Below are positions 8,909 through 16,682 of a DNA stretch of 32,000 nt, piece after piece (the first letter of the stretch is position 1; each line of letters opens with the position of its first letter). Origin of the DNA: Candidatus Iainarchaeum sp. GTDB lineage: Archaea > Iainarchaeota > Iainarchaeia > Iainarchaeales > VGJJ01. The stretch is taken from contig JAUYHT010000006.1 in the NCBI GenBank assembly GCA_030688545.1, forward strand, positions 360,001-392,000, in the 5' to 3' direction. The translations under genes were made by a program, and so were the position numbers. The notes beneath the pieces are model-generated. The model was not told the DNA's origin. It searched no databases and saw only the letters and a list, made by a program, of their open reading frames with translations.

Positions 8909-10150
8909 TCATGCCGGCTGGAACCGTTTCTTAGGTTTGGGAGGCTCGGGCACGGGCTTGGATGGGGAGATGATGAACAAATACACCCCGATGCTCACCA
9001 GGAGGACGAGTAATGAGATACCCCACCCCACCCAGGGATTGGGGTGCACCACTTGGAGAGTGGCACTCTGGCACCCGGCTGATAACGTGGGGTTAGAGGC
9101 GGAGGTGAGCGTGCATCCCAGTTCATACGTGCCGGCTTCTGAGAAGGTGACGGTGAACACCCGGGTTTCCGCCCGCGCGGGGTGGAGGAGGGGAATGATG
9201 AGGGTTTCCGGGGCGATGCGTTCTCCCGGGGTAATGGTAAAAATGGCCCGCACGTCCTCCACCGGATCTAACCCATCATTTTGAACAATCCATTCCAATT
9301 GAATGGGCTGGCCGGTCTCGATTTGATTCTGGGGGACGAGAAAGGCGCCCTTCACATTGAAGATGGGCGCATCCACATCCAGATAGGCGCGGGTGGATTC
9401 CAGTACCTTCTCTTCCCCGAAGATGGTGGTAAAAGTGAGCACGGCCGGGGGCAAAAGGATTTGGACGGGGCGCAGGGGTTTGATGGAGTAAGTAATTACT
9501 TTCGTCTCCCCGGGGTAAATCCTTTCCGTGAACCCGGTTTCCCCCTTCACCAGAGGGATGTAATCCAGGGGGTATTTCCGGTAATCCACTTTCACGTCCC
9601 CGGGAAGGGTGCCACTGTTGTGTACCTTCACGCTGACCTGGATCTCTTTCCCCAAAATAGGATTGGTGCCCGCAATATAGGTCTCGAAGTCCCCGTTCTG
9701 GTCGAAGCGGGGCATCTGATATCGGCCAATGGTGCCGGTCTCTGAAACCAAAATGGTTTGCGTCACCGCGGAAGGGTTCGCGCAGAGGCGAATAGAGATA
9801 GTGCTGGTTTGCTCGGAGGCAGGGATAATGACATGATGGGCCGCTCCCCCTTCTACATCGGTGGAAATAATAGTGGCAAAAGGGGTATAATCCTCATTCA
9901 GGAATAGGGTGATGTTGGCATCCGGATCGAATGCCGGGTTGAATGTGGGGTGGAGAGTGATGATGGTGTAGTTCCCGTCCCCGAATCCGGGGAAGGGAGC
10001 AAATGAGAACGAGGCGCATTGGGAGGTATCGTCAGTGGTTACCCCGGGGAAACCATACGCGGCCAATGGTTCTTCGGCTAGCGTGAGCGCATAGCCCGAA
10101 CCGCTAATGCTCATAATGAGCAGGATGATTCCCAATCCCCACTTAGGCAA
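8909..10150 (-). CDS. Cell-surface protein with a signal peptide, Ig/CARDB-like repeats and a C-terminal TM anchor
   Basis: 413 aa. N-terminal hydrophobic signal, segments such as VKVHNSGTLPGDVKVDY (CARDB-like), and a C-terminal TM (WGISLLVLLVSIGVYLFII) followed by a basic tail. TTG start. It overlaps the upstream kinase gene by 8 nt. Confidence 0.65.
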   Translation of the reverse strand: MPKWGLGIILLIMSISGSGYALTLAEEPLAAYGFPGVTTDDTSQCASFSFAPFPGFGDGNYTIITLHPTFNPAFDPDANITLFLNEDYTPFATIISTDVEGGAAHHVIIPASEQTSTISIRLCANPSAVTQTILVSETGTIGRYQMPRFDQNGDFETYIAGTNPILGKEIQVSVKVHNSGTLPGDVKVDYRKYPLDYIPLVKGETGFTERIYPGETKVITYSIKPLRPVQILLPPAVLTFTTIFGEEKVLESTRAYLDVDAPIFNVKGAFLVPQNQIETGQPIQLEWIVQNDGLDPVEDVRAIFTITPGERIAPETLIIPLLHPARAETRVFTVTFSEAGTYELGCTLTSASNPTLSAGCQSATLQVVHPNPWVGWGISLLVLLVSIGVYLFIISPSKPVPEPPKPKKRFQPA

Positions 10151-10688
10151 AACGTCCCCCCTGCCGGCGCGTTAATTTATTCCATATGGTAGTGCGGACG
10201 ACCTTTTTAGGGGTATGGGTTTGGACAATGATAATTTTCTTGGGGGAATAGTTTTTTCGCACACGCATGAGGCAATAACCATTCTCCTCAGCCATGACAT
10301 TATCATATATTTTGACTTCAGAGTAGCCCCTGGAACGCAGCCTTTTTTCCAATACTTTTGAATCGCACCTCAGCACGATGACCAAATCTACTGGGATATT
10401 CATTTCGCAGGCCACGTGCCCTTCGATGATGAGATTTTTTTCTGTTTCCCCGATCAAGTGAATAAGGGCGTCCGCGTACGCCTGGAGGTTCACCTCGAAT
10501 TCTTTTGTGAGGGCATTCATCTTCCCTAATTCCATTCGTCTCGTGAACGTTTTTTCTGATATGACTTTGGCGTTAAGTTTTTTTCCAAGAAAAGCGGCGT
10601 GCGTGGTTTTGCCGGTGCCAGGCGTGCCCGTGATGAGGAGGATAAATGGAGACCTGGTCCGGGGAGGGCGGACCATTTTTCGTACCAT
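10143..10688 (-). CDS. Fap7 / adenylate kinase isoenzyme 6-like P-loop kinase
   Basis: 181 aa. Walker A LITGTPGTGKTT at the N-terminus. Size and layout match archaeal AK6/Fap7-type NTPases. Confidence 0.75.
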   Translation of the reverse strand: MVRKMVRPPRTRSPFILLITGTPGTGKTTHAAFLGKKLNAKVISEKTFTRRMELGKMNALTKEFEVNLQAYADALIHLIGETEKNLIIEGHVACEMNIPVDLVIVLRCDSKVLEKRLRSRGYSEVKIYDNVMAEENGYCLMRVRKNYSPKKIIIVQTHTPKKVVRTTIWNKLTRRQGGRFA

Positions 10689-10792
10689 AATGATATCCCC
10701 TCAAGCGGATCCTTGATAAGGATGCGGGTTGGTTAACGCAGGCGAGGACTTGGTAGAAAGGTTTTTTCACGGGAGTGAACTCGTGTCGACAT

Positions 10793-10832
10793 AAAAAAAG
10801 AAGGAGGCGGCCTTCAGGGGGAAGAGACCGCC
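10793..10832 (-). terminator. Stem-loop plus oligo-U (minus strand)
   Basis: GGCGG (10806-10810) pairs with CCGCC (10828-10832), and an inner CTTC pairs with GAAG. The plus-strand A-run at 10793-10800 gives a U-tract immediately 3' of the hairpin on the minus strand. Confidence 0.45.
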
Positions 10833-11090
10833 ACCCTTGTAGGGAAGTTATCCCATTTTTCCAGTATGGAAAAACTGGGAAGCGTGAGAGGGTGGGCCGG
10901 CGCGCCGATAGGTGGGGTGAACTACCGGGCGCCCATGTCGCCCAACCCGTTTTGCCCATGCGATGGCATGATCTGCCACCAATTGCCCTTGCCGTTCGAG
11001 GAGGGTCTCGCTCGGTGTGAGAGTAGAGTGGATGTCATCCGTGGCCTTTCTATTCCTTTGGGGGGGTTTGGGATGCATACTCACACTCCG
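10795..11090 (-). ncRNA. Candidate structured non-coding RNA of ~300 nt. Class unresolved and strand tentative.
   Basis: GC-rich block inside a 715 nt gene-free gap. Nested helices: GGTGG 10911-10915 / CCACC 10976-10980, GGGCG 10927-10931 / CGCCC 10939-10943, CATGC 10957-10961 / GCATG 10966-10970, GTGTGAG 11015-11021 / CTCACAC 11080-11086. On the minus strand, TATTTATA lies at 11111-11118, and a stem-loop at 10806-10832 is followed by a U-tract. I could not find the universal RNase P or SRP motifs. Confidence 0.35.
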
Positions 11091-11402
11091 CCCAGCATAT
11101 CCCATCGGACTATAAATACTTATCGGAAAAAGAAGGGTAACCCGGGTTTTTTTTCGACTTTGGAGTTTTATCATAACTGAAAAAGGAAAATAGAGGGTAA
11201 TATGACCCCCGATTCTTGTGTATAATCAAAAAATGGGGAAAAAAAGTTTTGGAATCTCCTTTTGGATAGTGAAAGGCTAAAATAGTCACTATGTAGAATT
11301 GACCTAAATACAAAAAGAGTTTGGTTTTATTTGAAATAGGTTATGTAAATAAGTCTTTTTGGCCCAAGAATACCCCGTAATAACAGAAAAAGTAATCGTT
11401 AA

Positions 11403-13295
11403 TTAGCGCAGGCGGATAGTGTCCAAATTACGAATGGCCGTGGAGGAAATCCCATATTTCTGGGAGATGAATTTGGCGAAAGCGACTGTTTTGATCTTGT
11501 TTCCATGGTCAACGATGATACGCTTGGGTTTGGGATTGAGATTCCGGATGTAGTTTTCCAGTTGTCTTCGATCGCTGTGCCCTGAATATCCATCAAGGCT
11601 CTCCACGCGCATCCTGATTTGGAGCTCCTTAGTCTTCCCTTTCTCATCCGTAATGGGAATGGTGCGGATGCCCTGCTGGATCTTGCTTCCTAAACTCCCC
11701 ATCCCTTGATACCCAGTGAAGGTGAGGGCGTTTTTTTCATCCTCAGCCATACGATGGAAATAGTCCAAACTCGCCCCCCCATTGAGCATCCCCGAGGAGG
11801 CCAGGATGATGGCGTTTCCTTTCGCCAATATCTCATCCCGCTCCTTGAAGGTGGCGTTGGCGAATAAGGGACTGGTGAAGGGCGAATCATTCGTTAATAT
11901 TCGGCGCTGGATGTTCTGGCGAAGGTATTCCGGGTACGCGGTGTGGATGGCACTGGCTTCTTTAGTGAGTCCATCCACGTACACCTTGGCCTCCGGAAGT
12001 AACCCTTTTCGATAAAAGTCTTCGATGACCAGCATGACCTCCTGTCCCCGCCCCACGGCAAATACCGGGATGAGCATGTTGCCTCCTTTCCCTAATGTTT
12101 CCTGGATGAGGCGTAACAGCTTCTTATCCTCGTCCTCCCGGGAGGGTTGGACGTCATTTTCCCCTCCATAGGTGGATTCGAGAATGAGTGTTTCCACGCG
12201 CGGATAGTGTAAATCAAGGGTGTCGAAGAGACGCGTATACCCATATTTCATGTCCGCGCTGTACACGAGGTTATGGAGCCCATCCCCCACATGCAGGTGC
12301 ACGGAGGCCGATCCCAAGATGTGGGCGGCGTTATGGAAGGTCATCCGCATATCAGGGGAAATGTCAGTGACTTCCCGGTAGTCCCGGGTGATGACATGCT
12401 TCAATTCCTCCTTCACATCCTTTTCCGTGTAGGGGGGGTCTTTTCCCTCCCTGGCTACCAGGTCAATATAGTCAAATTGGAGCAACCCCATGATATCCCG
12501 CGTGGGCTCGGTGCAGTACACCGGTCCCCGGTACCCCATGCGGAACAGATAAGGCAAAAACCCCTGATGGTCCATGTGCGCATGGGAAATAATGACCGCA
12601 TCCAATTCAGTGAGAGGGAAATAAAGGGCGTCCAGGTAGGGATAAGGATCGCCCCCCTGGGAAGGGTTGATGCCGCAGTCGATGAGCACTTTAGTGATGG
12701 GAGTGTCCACGAGCATGCAGCTCCGGCCTATTTCCCTGAATGCCCCTAACCCGGTGAGCCGGACCCAATCATGTTTGGATGAGGTATCGCGGTAGATGCG
12801 TTTGGCCGTCTCTTGGAGAATTTTCTTTCGTTCGGCGGCGTGCTTGTGTAAATGATATCGAATCCCCGTGAGGAATTCGGAGTCCGAGGAGGGAGCGCGG
12901 ATAATTTTGGGGGTCCACCCCGTCTGGAGGATGATGCGCTTGCTGGTTTCCCCCCCTTTTCCAATCACAAGCCCCGGTTTGTCGGCTTCGATGACCACTT
13001 GATGAAAAGGATCCACGAAGGTGATGTTTTTGACTCCGGCTTCGACAGGTACTAACCCCTGGATGGCGCGTTTAGCGTCAGTAGGATCCTGCAAGAGGCT
13101 TTTGTCAGAGCGAATGGTAATTTTCTTCTTCAGCTCGAAAGCGATCTTGGCCACGAAATTGGTGGTGCCCCCGAAGAAGGCTTCCGGTTTTTTGGTGTAG
13201 AGAATGATTTCTGGCCCTTCAAAATCAATAGAGGTAACCTGGCAGGTCTTGGGCAGGGCATCCTTGATGTGCTTCTCGATGGTTTTCATGTCCAT
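11403..13295 (-). CDS. fttA: aCPSF1 / FttA: KH-domain beta-CASP metallo-beta-lactamase ribonuclease (archaeal transcription termination factor)
   Basis: 630 aa. Two N-terminal KH-like regions (GLVIGKGGETSKRI), MBL motif ISHAHMDHQG and beta-CASP motifs. Length and order are typical of aCPSF1. Confidence 0.92.
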   Translation of the reverse strand: MDMKTIEKHIKDALPKTCQVTSIDFEGPEIILYTKKPEAFFGGTTNFVAKIAFELKKKITIRSDKSLLQDPTDAKRAIQGLVPVEAGVKNITFVDPFHQVVIEADKPGLVIGKGGETSKRIILQTGWTPKIIRAPSSDSEFLTGIRYHLHKHAAERKKILQETAKRIYRDTSSKHDWVRLTGLGAFREIGRSCMLVDTPITKVLIDCGINPSQGGDPYPYLDALYFPLTELDAVIISHAHMDHQGFLPYLFRMGYRGPVYCTEPTRDIMGLLQFDYIDLVAREGKDPPYTEKDVKEELKHVITRDYREVTDISPDMRMTFHNAAHILGSASVHLHVGDGLHNLVYSADMKYGYTRLFDTLDLHYPRVETLILESTYGGENDVQPSREDEDKKLLRLIQETLGKGGNMLIPVFAVGRGQEVMLVIEDFYRKGLLPEAKVYVDGLTKEASAIHTAYPEYLRQNIQRRILTNDSPFTSPLFANATFKERDEILAKGNAIILASSGMLNGGASLDYFHRMAEDEKNALTFTGYQGMGSLGSKIQQGIRTIPITDEKGKTKELQIRMRVESLDGYSGHSDRRQLENYIRNLNPKPKRIIVDHGNKIKTVAFAKFISQKYGISSTAIRNLDTIRLR

Positions 13296-13302
13296 GTTTA
13301 AT

Positions 13303-13339
13303 CGTCCTAGTTGCGGCTATTTTTTGCGGCTATTTTATG
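13303..13339. repeat. Three tandem 13-nt repeats GCGGCTATTTT(nn) immediately upstream of the aCPSF1 start
   Basis: GCGGCTATTTT at 13303-13313 and 13316-13326, and GTGGCTATTTT at 13329-13339, with a period of 13 nt. On the coding (minus) strand these read AAAATAGCCGC, and each carries a TATA-like A/T run. Confidence 0.7.
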
Positions 13340-13441
13340 TGGCTATTTTTTATTTTCCCGTATTTCCGGTGGAGGGGGAATAGGAGGTATGGGATAAGCG
13401 TGAGAATGGGTTTTGGGTTGAATCAAGGGTAGAAGTGTTGT

Positions 13442-14107
13442 TTATTGGTAAGAGGCGATGATCTTGTCCACATCCTTTCGGTCCAGTTCCTGAATTCCTT
13501 TGGTGTCAATGACCATGACGGAGATACTATTCCCCCCGGACATGACATCGCGTTTCTTGCTCGCCATAACCGCCTGAACGGCCAATTTGATGGCATCCTC
13601 TTTCTTGAGGGTACTCTTGTACTGCGTGTCAAAAACGCCTATGGCGAATTCGCTTCCCGATCCGGTGACGGTGAAATCGTCATATTCGGCCACAGCCCCC
13701 ACCGCATCCATGGAATAGAGTCGGGGGGATTGGCTGGTAAACCCGCCCATGATGAACTGAACCATGAATGGATAATATCGGTTTCCGTTTAATATATTCG
13801 CCACGAACGTGGCCATGGCCTTCGTGGTAATGGGATTTTCCCTTTCTATTTCAAACAGCTTGGCCTGCGATCGCAAATACCTTACGAGTGTTTGGGCGTC
13901 TCCCATGCCCCCCGCAATGGTAACCCCTATTTGGTCGGTGAGCTTGAATACTTTTTTGGCTTCCAATTCCCCCGCGAAGAAACCCATTGTGGCTTTCATG
14001 TCCGCGGCCAGAACAACGGCATCTTTTACTTTAACACCCACCGTGGTCGTGCCCGTGTGTTTAATGGGCGCCTGGGTCTTTTCCATCATCGCGTTCACGA
14101 AAACCAT
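13442..14107 (-). CDS. psmB: Proteasome subunit beta
   Basis: A propeptide followed by the catalytic Thr (HTG/TTTVGVKVKDAVVLAADMKAT) and GSGSEFA. 221 aa, with the ATG at 14105-14107. Confidence 0.92.
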   Translation of the reverse strand: MVFVNAMMEKTQAPIKHTGTTTVGVKVKDAVVLAADMKATMGFFAGELEAKKVFKLTDQIGVTIAGGMGDAQTLVRYLRSQAKLFEIERENPITTKAMATFVANILNGNRYYPFMVQFIMGGFTSQSPRLYSMDAVGAVAEYDDFTVTGSGSEFAIGVFDTQYKSTLKKEDAIKLAVQAVMASKKRDVMSGGNSISVMVIDTKGIQELDRKDVDKIIASYQ

Positions 14108-14373
14108 CCCAGAAAAATGAGGAATACACTCATTAAAGAGGCACTTTGTTTAAAAATGGCACGCTTGGTGGGCTGAAATGACTTCTCCCCTTTCTATGGT
14201 CAAACATCCACCCCCCCTTTGAGCAAAATCCTTTTCTAAAAAGAGGTCGTTTTTTGATGAAACTTCATCGTAAACACCATTTTTCCGTCAACGCTTTTTC
14301 CAACGGAAAAAGGGTTGTTACGATGCCCGCAAAACACCGTTTTGCTTGGTTTCTTAAAAAGTTTCTTTTGATC

Positions 14374-14394
14374 GAACTTTTTAGGAAAAAGTTC
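14374..14394. promoter_or_regulatory. Perfect palindrome GAACTTTTT-agg-AAAAAGTTC, with a third half-site upstream
   Basis: GAACTTTTT at 14374-14382 and AAAAAGTTC at 14386-14394, plus AAAAAGTTTC at 14356-14365. All lie in the ~400 nt non-coding stretch preceding the islet genes. Confidence 0.5.
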
Positions 14395-14520
14395 GAATGG
14401 AAATAAATAGGAAAACATCTGACCAAATAATCCCATTTTTCTCGGCGGTTCTTGGCGGTGAGGGGCCTCTCTAAAGTCAGGGTTATAGTTTTTGATCGCG
14501 TGTGGATTGAAGGTGATAAA

Positions 14521-14898
14521 ATGGAATCCACTTCAACGGTGAAAGAACAAAATGAAAAGACATTTTTTACACTTCCTTCACAAGTCATGAAAAGCTGCAA
14601 CATCAAACCATTCATGTGTGCGGAAATGAGTTTGAAGGATAAAAGGATTATTTTGTCTTCATTTGAAAAATTGGTTGACTTGAAAGTCAACTTGAAAACA
14701 AAGACGCTGGAGATTTTACAAGAATACCGGCGGAGGAATGGATATGCTTCCTTAGATGAAGCAATTACTAACTTTATCGGGGAACATTGGAGTAAGAAAA
14801 AAACCAAAACTGTTTACATTTATCCGGAAGGCTTTATTGAAAGTGGATATGAACGAATTGAACAATATCGAAAAGAACAAGACAAAGGCAAACAGTGA
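14521..14898 (+). CDS. Hypothetical protein, possibly with an AbrB/SpoVT-like N-terminal domain
   Basis: Start set at ATG 14521, which has GGTGAT 4 nt upstream. FFTLPSQVMKSCNIKP...MSLKDKRIILS resembles a swapped-hairpin AbrB motif. The composition is K/E-rich and protein-like, whereas the antisense ORF 14265..14807 is not. Confidence 0.45.
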   Translation: MESTSTVKEQNEKTFFTLPSQVMKSCNIKPFMCAEMSLKDKRIILSSFEKLVDLKVNLKTKTLEILQEYRRRNGYASLDEAITNFIGEHWSKKKTKTVYIYPEGFIESGYERIEQYRKEQDKGKQ

Positions 14899-14957
14899 TG
14901 GTATGACCAATGCACTATTTGGTATTGCTTTATATACTTTGAAGGGGGTGGATTAGT

Positions 14958-15230
14958 ATGCTGGTTTCATGGAGCCGCCACGCAAAGTTACGCTTTGCAG
15001 AACGGGCACTCCTGTATGGAGTCAACTATGGAGATATTGAATTGGAAATCAAGCGTCAAATAGTAAAAATTGCGGAAGGTAAAAATAAGTTCAAAACAAT
15101 ATTTCCAGTATTGGATGGAAAAATTTTATTAACAGCTGCCAAGATAGAGACTAATGAATATATTCATATACTGACCCTTTGGGAAGCGAGCGAGCACGAG
15201 GTAAAGTTATGGAAACAAAAAAAGAAATAG
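14958..15230 (+). CDS. DUF4258-like small protein (putative toxin component)
   Basis: 90 aa. SRHAKLRFAERALLYGVNYGDIELEI and ...YIHILTLWEA match the DUF4258 pattern (H-A-x-x-R-x-x-E-R ... I-T-V-Y) as I recall it. A strong SD, GGGGGTGGA, lies upstream of the ATG. Confidence 0.55.
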   Translation: MLVSWSRHAKLRFAERALLYGVNYGDIELEIKRQIVKIAEGKNKFKTIFPVLDGKILLTAAKIETNEYIHILTLWEASEHEVKLWKQKKK

Positions 15231-15550
15231 CATGTCATTTATGTGGGGGAAAAGCCTTACTGCGATTTGAAGAATTAGAGTTAGGTGGAGGAAAAGTGGT
15301 TATTCGAGAATCACCCTACTATTCCTGCCAAAAATGCAAGGAAGAATTTTCCACAAGCGAGCAGATGCATGAACTGAGTCAGTCGATTAATCAAGCATTT
15401 TTCTTTGTCCGACCTATTATTCATGCAGGAAGAAGTTTGGCCGTCACTTTCCCTGCGGATTTGGTGCAATTTTCAAACCTAAAAAAGGGAGAAAAAATCT
15501 GTATTATCCCTGAAGGAAAACGGGAATGGCGTGTCCAAATAACCCATTAA
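15209..15550 (+). CDS. MqsA/YgiT-type zinc-ribbon fused to an AbrB/SpoVT-like domain (putative antitoxin)
   Basis: METKKEIACHLCGGKA...YYSCQKCKEEF has two CxxC pairs spaced as in YgiT/MqsA. The C-terminal GRSLAVTFPADLVQFSNLKKGEKICIIPEG is AbrB-like. Start set at ATG 15209, overlapping the upstream gene by 22 nt. Confidence 0.6.
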   Translation: METKKEIACHLCGGKALLRFEELELGGGKVVIRESPYYSCQKCKEEFSTSEQMHELSQSINQAFFFVRPIIHAGRSLAVTFPADLVQFSNLKKGEKICIIPEGKREWRVQITH

Positions 15551-15645
15551 CCTTTTTGAGGGTAAACATTTCATTCCTATACGAATATTTACTTTTTAAG
15601 AGAATGAAACAGAAATACAGCTAAACCAGGGGATATAAACGAATC

Positions 15646-15828
15646 ATGATCCGACGGCCTGAAACGCTTTATTTTTATCAACAACCAGTAATCAATGCAT
15701 TTGTTGTTGATCCCGAAAAAGCCAGGGAAGAAGTCCGCCAATCCATGCGCAGATTATACTATACTGTCGCCCGAAAGGAAGGATATCTGAAAAAGGGTAA
15801 CGCCTACTTAGTAAAGCAACTCACGTGA
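15646..15828 (+). CDS. Small hypothetical protein (60 aa)
   Basis: ORF only. It is the last ORF of the AT-rich islet and I recognise no motif. Confidence 0.3.
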   Translation: MIRRPETLYFYQQPVINAFVVDPEKAREEVRQSMRRLYYTVARKEGYLKKGNAYLVKQLT

Positions 15829-15834
15829 ACATCA

Positions 15835-16557
15835 TCAATGCTGCGCGCCATCGTGCATGGTGCCATCGGCGTGCACGTGGGATTCTTGGAAGTCTTTCTT
15901 CTCGAACACGGTGTGCACAATCACTTTTTCCACTCCATTCACACTGTCTAATACCAGTTTGGCAAATCCCGGCACGCGGGATTGAACAGTCTGCATCAGT
16001 CGGATGGGCAATGTCAATTCGACCTCTTTCCCTTTTCTTTCGACGGAAACCATTTGTCCGGGAAAGGCTTTCTCGCGGAGGGCATCCAGTTGTTCCTTTT
16101 CATCGGTATAATGCTTCTCCACCTTGATATCATACGCCACCGCGTGCCCAGCGAAATCCGGGTTGAAGTCCACCCGTACTCGTCCGCCGGAGACACTTTG
16201 AACCTTTCCCACCATGTCATTGGCGTTTACAACTGTTCCGGGCGTGGGCGGCACGTTATTTTTCTTGAATTCACTCAAGGGAATCACTTTCACCAATTCG
16301 GGGTTGCGGGGTCCGAAGGCCATATCGGGTTCGAGTTCAACGTGGCGTTCTTCCCCTACTTTCATGCTTTCAATTTCTTTCTCCAATCCGGGAAGAACCT
16401 CTTGATAGCCCGCAATGACCACGATGGGTGCATACTTCCGCGTGGGAGCAAAAACCCCTTCCTTCTGCGCCACTTCCGCGTGGGTGGTGTCGAATACCTT
16501 GCCGGTGACTTTATCTCGACCGGTGAATGAGATGGCGATGATGTCCCCTTTCTGCAT
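15835..16557 (-). CDS. FKBP-type peptidyl-prolyl cis-trans isomerase (long archaeal SlyD-like type)
   Basis: 240 aa. MQKGDIIAISFTGRDKVTGKVFDTT, a flap insert, AGHAVAYDIKVEK, a C-terminal extra domain and a His-rich end (HVHADGTMHDGAQH). Confidence 0.88.
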   Translation of the reverse strand: MQKGDIIAISFTGRDKVTGKVFDTTHAEVAQKEGVFAPTRKYAPIVVIAGYQEVLPGLEKEIESMKVGEERHVELEPDMAFGPRNPELVKVIPLSEFKKNNVPPTPGTVVNANDMVGKVQSVSGGRVRVDFNPDFAGHAVAYDIKVEKHYTDEKEQLDALREKAFPGQMVSVERKGKEVELTLPIRLMQTVQSRVPGFAKLVLDSVNGVEKVIVHTVFEKKDFQESHVHADGTMHDGAQH

Positions 16558-16682
16558 GAGATTAAACCCTCGTTTCAGATATAGTGAACCGCCCCCAAAG
16601 GCTTTTATGGATGAGTGCGCGTGCCTTTTCCTTGGTTGTCCGGCCCGTTTTTAACCTTTTTCAGGGTGGTGAGGAAGTACAC

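Larger units (their letters stand above)
14120..15830. other. AT-rich accessory islet containing toxin-antitoxin-like small genes
   Basis: Spot counts of single 60-nt lines give 28-40% GC here (15061-15120 and 14581-14640), against ~55% in the neighbouring core gene (12001-12060). The islet sits between the housekeeping genes psmB and FKBP. I saw no integrase or tRNA. Confidence 0.5.

Noticed and set aside
10790-11155. A definite assignment of the structured region as RNase P RNA or SRP RNA.
   Set aside because: I found only loose resemblances: AGAAAGGCC versus GGAAAGUCC, CCUUGUAGGGAAG versus the SRP Alu UGUA motif, and GGGGUGAAC. The universal P4/CR-IV elements, and the helix-8 GGAA with AGCA, were not found on either strand. 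The class is left open.
10848-11180. ORFs 10848..11174 (-), 10866..11180 (+), 10775..11020 (+) and 10573..10959 (-) as protein genes or a pseudogene.
   Set aside because: They overlap one another in several frames. None has a recognisable motif, and there is no SD or TATA in a suitable position. Open frames in all directions are expected in a GC-rich structured-RNA block.
14265-14807. The 180-aa minus-strand ORF, and the 66-aa ORF 14236..14436, in the AT-rich islet.
   Set aside because: The composition (F/L/S/K-rich, no motifs) looks like an AT-rich shadow frame. The plus-strand ORF 14521..14898 has an SD and domain-like sequence. I am less certain about the 66-aa ORF than about the 180-aa one.
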